Below are positions 10,331-18,947 of a stretch of DNA of 20,000 nucleotides, piece by piece; the first letter of the stretch is position 1, and each line of letters opens with the position of its first letter. Source of the DNA: Psammoneis japonica (Eukaryota). Under the pieces are notes generated by a model, which did not search any database, had not been told where the DNA came from, and saw nothing but the letters and a program-made list of their open reading frames with translations. The stretch lies in the NCBI GenBank assembly GCA_008632985.1, contig QPGO01000036.1:302122-322121 (forward strand), in the 5' to 3' direction. Position numbers and translations under genes: made by a program.

Positions 10331-10720
10331 ATGGCCATAAGCTGTGAGGCGTACCGTCACATTTGGATTGAACTCGGGGATCTTGATGTCGAAAGTAGCC
10401 ATTTGTTTGACATTCGTGATTTTTCATCGCCCACAAACTGGGATTTCAACTGAGTCGAGTTGATGTTGGACGTGTTTCAAAGCACTGCGTTTGATGAAAC
10501 AATTGAGGGCTCTGGAATTATGGCATTTTATGCCATGGAGACTTAAAACAGCAAATGGGTTGACAATCAAGCAGTGATCGGGTTTGCCAACATTTCCAAA
10601 AATGTGACAACAAAAGTTGCATCACTCAACAACCAACAACATCTCAAGAGATGGAAACAAGAAAAGTGACTCCTCTTTGCACTTGAATTAAAAGAGACAA
10701 CAATGCACAACAAACATTTG
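10331..10720 (+). pseudogene. Degenerate reading frame of unknown identity crossing into island 2
   Basis: One frame reads MAISCEAYRHIWIELGNLDVESSHLFDIRDFSSPTNWDFN*VELMLDVFQSTAFDETIEGSGIMAFYAMET*NSKWVDNQAVIGFANISKNVTTKVASLNNQQHLKRWKQEK*LLFALELK, with stops at 10451 (TGA), 10544 (TAA) and 10667 (TGA). Confidence 0.4.
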
Positions 10721-12480
10721 AGAAGGACAAGAAGCTCTTGAATGCATGGAACCAGAAGAGAGTCAATGAATCGCTCTTGTTTTGAACCTCTTGACCTGTT
10801 CTGTCCATGATGGTGGTTGGCTGAAAGGTTGGTGGTGGTTTTTTTGTGTGACTTGCAGCTTGAGGCATGTTGATGCATGAACACATGGCCCATGTGTGGT
10901 GTCACCTTTGGAAAGTGCCACTTGTGGAGCTTGGGTGGACAACTCTCTGTGCTCAAGCTTTGTCTGCCAAATGCTCCATCAAAGTCCAGATGCTGCCACA
11001 TCCCACCCGACCATTGACACAAAACAGTTCTTGCAAAATGTTGTTGCCTGTTTCCCTCTTCCTCTGCAGAGCAGCCCTCTTGGTGACAGTGCTGCCCACA
11101 TGCCAGAATGTGCTCAAGAATGCTTTCCATTTTGCCAGCAAAGATGCCCAACGCGGGGCTGTGTGGGCTCGAATCTCTCTCAAGACAAGCTGACATTTGT
11201 GCCTGGCACTGGCGGCAATGCTCAGCCCTCCTTCCTGTTTGACTTCCCAGGAGTGTGCCCAGATCTCCTGCGTGCTGAGTGGCTCAACCACAAGAGTCGC
11301 TGTCTTTGTCAGTTTTGTCAGCAGGATGTGCCAAGGCTGCTCTGGCCATGTGTGCGCAAGGACAGCTGCGACAGCGCTTTCTGCTGTCAGCAAAGAGTGT
11401 GAGCTGGCTGGACTGCCCAACCCCACACTTCACAGCTCCTTGGCAGTCACTCCAAATCAAGTGCCAACTTGGGGTCAACCGCACCTGGCTGGTTGCAATG
11501 CAAAGACAGCTGTGGCAGCACTTTGTGACAACAAAGAGAGTGCGAGCTGGCTGGGCTCCCAACCCCACACTTCACAGCCCCTCAGCACTGGCTCCCAATC
11601 AAATGCCAACTTGGGGCCAATGGCTGTGAAGCCATCATTGCAAATCCCTGTGCCTGCCCCCTCACACAGCTTTGCACAGGGTCAACATGTGTGGCCTTTG
11701 CAAGATGGGCCCTGGCTGGCTGCTGGCTCTTCAGCCACACGGCTTGCACAACAAGCCACCACAACACAGAGCACTGTGGGGTGAGTGCAGCACAGCCCAA
11801 ACAAGCACACCATGCTGAGATCACCCAGAGTTGGCTGCTGTCCTGGGGCTCCATTCAAAGCTGGGCTGGGCTGCTTGGCTCCTTGGTGTGCAGCACATGC
11901 TTGGCATCACATTCTTGTTGCCAAGCAGCCACATGGCATGTGCCCACCATTTGTGCCTGCAACAGCGACCCCAGCCACAAAGAAGCCAACAAAAAGTTGA
12001 ACCTGGTTTTGTGGTTGAAGAGTGAAGAAACTGTGAGTGAAGTTTGGTTCAAGATTTGTTGGCAATGCCAAGTGCGCAACCAAAGAGAGGCGCCAAAAAT
12101 GGCTGTTCTCGCTCATTTCTCAAGAGGAGCTTGCGCTCATGATGCAGGGTCTGAAGCAAGCACCAGCCAAGACAACAGTTTTTTCTCTCTGCCCCACTTA
12201 AAACACAGCCTTTGAGTCAATGTGGTGCTCCTTCAACAACTCACGCACACTGGGAAGAGCAGCTAGAGCCAGGGCAGCTGGCCTGGCAGGGCTTGGCTGA
12301 CACCCAAGCTGGGCTGCTCAGCCTGGTGGCACACACTCAGTGCCACATTGTCACCCTCCTGCAACTGCAATGTGCCCCACTCTTTGCACCTGCAGCAACC
12401 ACCCTGGATCAAAAGAAGCCAGTGCAACTCTGGCCATGGTTGCATGGTCAATTGTGTGTGTGTGTTCAACGGTTGATTCC
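10560..12480. other. TpA/CpG-depleted hypermutated island 2 with relic plus-strand coding sequence
   Basis: Hand count for 10561-12480: 3 TA and ~22 CG. No TA at all between 10691 and 12198. ORFs are Tyr-free and Cys/His-rich. Confidence 0.88.
11361..11620 (+). repeat. Diverged direct repeat with ~144-bp period inside island 2
   Basis: gacagctg...caaagag...gagctggctgg...cccaaccccacacttcacagc...tgccaacttgggg begins at 11361 and at 11505. Confidence 0.85.
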
Positions 12481-12762
12481 CCTCTTTTTTTTCTCTTTTC
12501 CTTTAACCGGCCACGGACATGAAAAAATTGCCGGAATATCGAGAAATATGCGTTTGTCTGTTCAATGACTTGAGTGCGAGTGACGTCCCGCCTTGTTTTT
12601 TCCGCTTTGCTACCGTGCGTCTGCGTTTTCACTGTGAAGCACGCAGCACGCAATGAGCACTGATTGTCTTCACTTGCGTCTCGCTCAGTCTCTCCCGCTG
12701 TTGTGTGCTGTTTGCCTTACTTGTGCATAAACTTATCAGTGTACGAGCTCCTCTGCGGGAGA

Positions 12763-13885
12763 ATGGAACGATCAGTACAAGCAGATGAGGTTGTGATATC
12801 GATAGAAAGCAATGGTGACGTTGATAGTAGGAAACTGCAGCAAAACGACCCTGAAGAGCAAGGCATTGCATTCACGTCACGAATCGAACACCGGATTACT
12901 GCTGAAGAAATTGGATTGTCTTTTCGTACGCTTCAACCGACTGATAGGCAAGTCATACAAGAACTCCATGAGGAATGGTTCCCTGTTTCTTACGAAGACG
13001 AGTTTTACGATGAGTTGGTCAAGAACCGTATGTTTAATTCTGGAGCGCCTCTGTTTTCATGCGTCGCTATTCACCACCCAAAGCCGCAACTAACGTCACG
13101 GCTTACAACGAGTGATGGAGTCATATTTCACTTTGAGAACTACAATCCCAAGGACATTCTTTGTCGAGAGATAAATCCTGTGTCAAGCACAACGAGCAAT
13201 TCATCGACTGTGGATTCCAGTGACAAGATTGTAGCATGCGTCGTGGGGTCATTTCTTGATGCCTCTCGTGTCTGCAAGCACACGCGGGATGTGTTGCTTG
13301 ATAGGGGAAGAGCTACAGACAACACCAGCAAGTTGTTTTACATTATGACCTTGGGCACTGTAGCAGAATTTCGGCATTTAGGTTTGGCCACCATGCTGGT
13401 TGAGAAATGCATCGACTTGGTGGAAAAAGATCCTTCGTGTGGAGCCCTCTATCTTCATGTCATTACCTTCAATCATGCAGCCATTCGATTTTATGAAAAG
13501 ATCGGATTCTACCGTGTAGAAGAAGTGGAAGGTACGTTTGTGCGTCGAGAACGATGCTCTTGCGCAAACGAACATGTAATGAATGGCTTCTAACGTTCTT
13601 CTGAGTAACGCATTGCATGCGTAGACTATTATACAATCAATGAAAAGCGCTACAATTGCTATCTATATGCAAAGTACTTCCATGGTGAGTTCGCGCAAAC
13701 GAGCAGTGTTTTGAAGCTGCACTAGAGTAGAGATTATGCTCGTTCCTTAGACTGCGATTCTCCTATTTTCCGCAGGAAATCGAGGACAGCGTGGCATTTT
13801 CAATTTCGTGTCGACAATAGTTTCTACTGTTTGGGATGGTGTCTTGGCACCAGTCTCATTGCTACAAGAGCTTGTGGTTGGTTGA
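12763..13885 (+). CDS. NAA60: N-alpha-acetyltransferase 60 (NatF, GNAT family); exons 12763-13531, 13625-13684, 13776-13885
   Basis: LHEEWFPVSYEDEFYDEL, YIMTLGTVAEFRHLGLATMLV and LYLHVITFNHAAIRFYEKIGF. The spliced continuation is ^DYYTINEKRYNCYLYAKYFH^GNRGQRGIFNFVSTIVSTVWDGVLAPVSLLQELVVG*, an amphipathic tail as in NAA60. Both introns are GT-AG, phase 1. Confidence 0.85.
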
Positions 13886-14939
13886 TGGCAGAATGCTGCA
13901 ACAAGAATGCCTTCCCAATGTAACGAGGACGAGTTCTGCGTAAAAAGTATCACGGATGTTAACATCTTGATTCAACCCGGCGAGAACAATGTGTTAATTT
14001 AATTCCCAAAATACGCTTGCGGTGAAGACCTTGTGCTGTTCCACTCCGACATTTTTCGGAGAAGACCATTAAAAAAGAATGTGGGTGTGAGGCCACTGAC
14101 AAGACAGAGATTCCTGCGGTGGGTTGATACCATTGTGGGCTGCTCAGGCGTTGATGGGACGGACACCCATCTTCTTCCTAAGACTTCCTAAGACCTGCTT
14201 TTTCGTTTCAAAGTGAGTGGTCGTCACGTCTGTACGGAGGGCGAAGCGAAAATTTCTTTTCGTGCGGATGTTTGACACTCCCGATGACTCTAGTGTCGAC
14301 TCCAAAGACTACGACAATCAGAGAAAGTCTATCGGGTGATAGCCGCGGTGATGGTGATTCACCACGAGATGCGAGGCATTTGTGGCAACGAGTATCTGGA
14401 TGTTCGTGTGGTTACGATGGACAGCAGGCGGCAGGGAACACTTATGGTGTGGATGTTGCAAACGAGCTTGAGCTTTTGGATTTCGGAAACGATGGGTAGA
14501 AACGGGCAATCGAGTTCAGATTCCTTGAGTATCTTTTTCCAAAGATGGCTTAAGTCCCGAGTAGAATCGCCATAATTCGGAAGGAAATGGCGTGGCGGGT
14601 TGTTTGAGTCGAACCTCTCTTTTCACAACGCGATCTAAATACATTAACATTGTGGCACTACATTAGGGGGTACAGCTGCGCTCGGCTGTTCGAGTTGCTC
14701 TATAAGATTGCTTCTACTTTACATGGGGAATTGTTGATGTACTGCTGTAACATGTCAGGTCGGCTATGCCATTGTGCCAAGTCTCTTTGCATTTTCAACC
14801 CAGATTGCAGTACATTCTTTGCTCAAAACTTCCGCGCAACTTTGGCTCCAGATTCCAAACGTTTGGACAGATTTTTCAGATGACAGTGGGCCGAGTCTCA
14901 TCACCCTGCACGCTTCTCACCAAATTTCTCTTACCAGCC

Positions 14940-16595
14940 TTTCTTGCCACAAACTTTCAACTCATGGATGATGTCACATGGTGTCCTGAAAAGTGGGGTC
15001 TTGTGATGCTCTCACAGTTGGGCACCTTGATGCATTGTTGGATGTGATGTTTTTTCCAACTTCCCCACTCTGTGCAATGAAGGTGATTTGTGTGCAGCAA
15101 GTCCACAGGTGCAGTGTGCTGCACACTGCACACTGTGCAACAACAATGCTGACAGTGGACAGTGGCTGGATGTGAGGAACTGCTGGACAGCTTTGCATTG
15201 ACATGTGATGCATGTGCTTTGTGAAAGTTCATCAACTGGTGGCATTGACCATTGATTGGCATTTTTCTGCCTGGTGTGGGCAGCAGGTTTTGACTGGTTT
15301 GACTTGAGCAAAGCAGAGTCAGCCCACAAAAACAATTTGGTGTCAAAGTGGGGAGAGCTGACAGCTGCACAAGCACCCATCTCCAACAAAGGCAGCTGCA
15401 CTCAAGGACAAGGAACAGCATGTGAAGCAAAGTGCAAAATGTGGACAAGGAGCTTGTGCAGAAACAGAATGTCCAGCCACTGCAAGAGGCTGAGCAAGAA
15501 GCAAGAAGCCAGAGGGGGGCAAGAGCCCACACAGAGAGAAGAGTGGTGTGCACTGTGCCTTAAAGAGCTGGGTAGAAGGGGCAAACAAAATGCCAAAAAG
15601 AGAAATTGTGAGACTGTTTTGGGCACCAAAAGCAAGCAGGGTCAGGGTTGGGGTTAGGGTGTGACCCAGCAAGAGAGCTCATTGCCACCCCCATCAGCTG
15701 GCTGGCCAAGAACCCTGCACAGGTTGTCCATGACCAAGCAGTGCCCCACAAAGTGTTGCTTTTCAATGCCACTTTGAGGTGTGCTCCAGTTGCAGCTAAG
15801 AGCTGCCTCACAAAAAACTGTTTTGACACTTGTCACAATCTCCCAGCATGCAAATGTGTGATTGGAGCCTGCAAAGGGCATCTCTCTGCAACCATGTGCT
15901 GCTTCTGTCAAATGAGAGCAAGCACACTTGCTCCATGTGAGTGGACCTCTCTGCAGAGCTGGACAGTCATCTTTGCAGCTTTGGTGCAGAGCTCCCAACC
16001 CAATGCTTCACAGAAACACCAAGAACAACAAGAGCAGAGACAATGGAAAGCACCTGTGTGCATTGGAGCAGCAAGCAGCTTGAGCAACAACAAAAAGAAA
16101 AAGGGAAAGAGGAACAAAAAGAAGAGCAAAATCCAGGCGTTTTGTGTTTGCAAAAAGCTTGGGAAGGTGCAGCATCTGAGGTGGCCAGAAATGATCTCTG
16201 AAGGTGCGGTTTTGTGATGATGACATGTGAGCAAAGTCAAGAAGCCACACAAAGACAAGCAAGTCAACTTGGCACAGCATTGGCCAGAGTGGCAGCTCAA
16301 GAATGCACACAATCACCTGCAGGGCACCACCAAGCAGCATGGCCACCCTGGCCAGCTCCCACAGCTCTCTGTCACAGAGCTCTGCCTCTTGCAGCCTCAA
16401 TTCAGGACACTTTGTGGCAAAGTTGAAAAAAAATGTGATTTGATCAACACGTGCCTGATGTGGAGGCAGGAAGAAAGTGGGCAGAACTGGCTTGTGAAAA
16501 AGTGCAAACTTCTGAGAGAGGTGAGCTGGAGTCACGTTCACCCCCAGCAACTGCTGACGACATCAAAGAGCCTTGCTCTGCTGCAGCGTGTGCGC
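14940..16595. other. TpA/CpG-depleted hypermutated island 3 with relic plus-strand coding sequence, ending at the assembly gap
   Basis: Hand count for 14941-16440: 4 TA and 2 CG, with none of either in 14941-15540. Long Tyr-free ORFs at 15256..15657, 15648..16217 and 16227..16595. Confidence 0.9.
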
Positions 16596-17131
16596 NNNNN
16601 NNNNNNNNNNNNNNNNNNNNNNNNNNNNNNNNNNNNNNNNNNNNNNNNNNNNNNNNNNNNNNNNNNNNNNNNNNNNNNNNNNNNNNNNNNNNNNNNNNNN
16701 NNNNNNNNNNNNNNNNNNNNNNNNNNNNNNNNNNNNNNNNNNNNNNNNNNNNNNNNNNNNNNNNNNNNNNNNNNNNNNNNNNNNNNNNNNNNNNNNNNNN
16801 NNNNNNNNNNNNNNNNNNNNNNNNNNNNNNNNNNNNNNNNNNNNNNNNNNNNNNNNNNNNNNNNNNNNNNNNNNNNNNNNNNNNNNNNNNNNNNNNNNNN
16901 NNNNNNNNNNNNNNNNNNNNNNNNNNNNNNNNNNNNNNNNNNNNNNNNNNNNNNNNNNNNNNNNNNNNNNNNNNNNNNNNNNNNNNNNNNNNNNNNNNNN
17001 NNNNNNNNNNNNNNNNNNNNNNNNNNNNNNNNNNNNNNNNNNNNNNNNNNNNNNNNNNNNNNNNNNNNNNNNNNNNNNNNNNNNNNNNNNNNNNNNNNNN
17101 NNNNNNNNNNNNNNNNNNNNNNNNNNNNNNN
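16596..17131. other. Assembly gap (536 N)
   Basis: Run of N. Confidence 1.
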
Positions 17132-17132
17132 T

Positions 17133-17666
17133 TTGCGTTTAGCCGCATTCTTTGGAAATGCTGAGGTCTGCCGGTTTCTTCTGCAGAATCACGCTGACGT
17201 AGAGGCGAGGACAACATACGGTTTGGGTTACACAGCTCTTCACCTTGCTTCAGGTCAAGGAATGGAAGACACTGTGAGATTTCTCTTGGATGAAGGAGGA
17301 GCTTCAGTCAATGCGACAAGCCATCATGATGGAAACACGCCATTGCATTGCGTTGCAATCCACTCGGGCAGCGAAAGCGTTGTCAGACTGCTGTTGCGCC
17401 ACGGAGCTAATCTGAACGCCGCCGAGAGTGGGGTCACACCCATGGACTGTTCCATCTATAACGGTCACCACGGCGCCACCTCTGCCTTGATGGATGCGCA
17501 TGTGCGGCAACTTTTGTCGAACGAAAATCTTCCGCCAGCGCTCTGGGCCCATGTGTTGGCGAAAGTGGGGAACAGGAGTACAGACATGTCCAGAGTGGGC
17601 CTTGTTTACTCTTTGAGTCGTGAGAAGCCGGATCTGTTTGAGTTACAGGAATGTGTGGAGGAATAG
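17133..17666 (+). CDS. Ankyrin-repeat protein, 3' part (5' end lost in the gap)
   Basis: LAAFFGNAEVCRFLLQNHADVEA, GYTALHLASGQGMEDTVRFLLDEGGASVNA and GNTPLHCVAIHSGSESVVRLLLRHGANLNA, followed by LPPALWAHVLAKVG...LVYSLSREKPDLF and TAG at 17664-17666. CG/TA content is normal. Confidence 0.85.
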   Translation: MRLAAFFGNAEVCRFLLQNHADVEARTTYGLGYTALHLASGQGMEDTVRFLLDEGGASVNATSHHDGNTPLHCVAIHSGSESVVRLLLRHGANLNAAESGVTPMDCSIYNGHHGATSALMDAHVRQLLSNENLPPALWAHVLAKVGNRSTDMSRVGLVYSLSREKPDLFELQECVEE

Positions 17667-18109
17667 AATCGCTTTGTTGTATTTGCTACTAGTCTTAGTA
17701 TTCTAAGAAAGCATGGGAGCAAACTTTCATTATCTAGTTCACTCTAGAAACTGTACATCTGCCATTGCCTCAGGCTGGGTCGTCATGCCGTAGTCTAGCT
17801 AGCATCTGTATTCGTCATGCAGTGTGGCATCTGTTGGGTCATATTTTTCCCCTCTGCCACCCCACCCAAAAAGAGCTCAGTAAAGCACCTCTATTAGTAG
17901 TACATAGTAAAAGCACCTCCTTGAACTTGTTCCAAAGCTCGTCCTTATTCAGCAAGTCGGTCCCGTCTGTGGCTGACGACCGACAGCGGCGGCGTTTTGA
18001 ACGTCTCTTACACTTGCTTTGTGAAAATGTGCGAAACCTCTGTATCGGGTGTCAGTGAAAGTTTATCTTGCGTGGCTCTTTATTTCGGTTGACGACTTAT
18101 TGGTATGAA

Positions 18110-18947
18110 AGACAAATATGTAGAAGCATGTGTCAATAGGACGATGAATACGCTCTTTGAAGGAACATGTCGCAACCCTTCATCCGAGTATCGTATACAC
18201 TCCGTCCGTTTTGCACCTACGTAGATTGCATCTGGTAATTTCCTCAAAAAATGAAGCTATGGAGGCTCGAAAGCATCTTGCCCTCGGTGTCCTTCAATTC
18301 GCAGGCGCATCCGCCGTCACGCCAAAAAACGGATGTGGCTCTTTGCCACTGCACGTGATTTTACGACGCAACATGAAAATGGACAATACCAATAAGGAGC
18401 GCTTTGCTTTTGCAATGATTGAAGCTTATCCAGAAGCTCTTCTGGTTGAAGGTAGTGTTACGAAATGCACGCCGCTCCACATTGCTTTCACGGACTATAC
18501 TTCAAAAGAGTTTGCAAAGTTCATTATTGAACGCGGTCGAGGAGCGGCAGCGACGAGGGCGCAATGATTGGCTACCGATTCATGTGGCGTAGTCGTCACG
18601 TGTCACTGGCCAAGTTGAAAGTTGAAGATGCTCCTCGAGGCGAATCCCGAGCTTGCGATGACCGATGATGGCGAATCCATCCTTCACCTTGCTGTCAGGA
18701 CAGCAACCATACTGCATCCAAATTTCTGGTTGATGCGAATATCAAGCCATTGATGAAAGAAGCGGGAGTCCACACGGAAGCAATGATGAATCAAATAATA
18801 GAAGCAAGATCCCGTGCTGTGAAAAAGGCACCACGAAAGAAACGCCGCGCCGGGCGCAAACGAAGACGTCAAGTCCAACCGGGCGGAGATGCAGCAAATG
18901 TGCTTTTACACTTTGACCAGAATGTATCCGTGGGATCTCCAAGTTAA
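18110..18947 (+). pseudogene. Ankyrin-like repeat pseudogene (several frameshifts and stops)
   Basis: GSLPLHVIL...MIEAYPEAL...CTPLHIAF (ORF 18157..18567). Shifted frames then give NDWLPIHVA*, SRHVSLAKLK and KLKMLLEANPELAMTDDGESILHLAVRTATILHPNF, followed by a basic tail KKRRAGRKRRR...AANVLLHF. There is a 7-bp duplication (aagttga x2) at 18612-18625. Confidence 0.7.

Noticed and set aside
10567..12653. Many overlapping Cys/His-rich ORFs on both strands as real (e.g. zinc-binding) proteins
   Set aside because: Loss of TA removes TAA/TAG stops and Tyr codons, which inflates ORF length and C/H content in all six frames.
13900..14900. Possible gene or pseudogene between NAA60 and island 3, plus a 10-bp duplication cttcctaaga at 14174-14193
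   Set aside because: Only short interrupted frames with no identifiable family. The duplication has no associated element.
15645..15660. Telomere-like gggttggggttagggt
   Set aside because: Only one perfect TTAGGG, which is expected by chance.
14957..16550. Minus-strand ORFs in island 3
   Set aside because: Same stop-depletion artefact. The plus-strand frames reconstruct more convincingly, though a minus-strand relic near 14960-15260 cannot be excluded.
1..16595. Classical RIP or plain CpG decay as the full explanation of the islands
   Set aside because: RIP raises TpA and CpG decay does not remove it, yet TpA is nearly absent here.
16227..17666. 479-aa ORF joining island 3 peptide to ankyrin repeats
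   Set aside because: It reads through 536 Ns, and the two sides differ in composition. Nothing supports a fusion.
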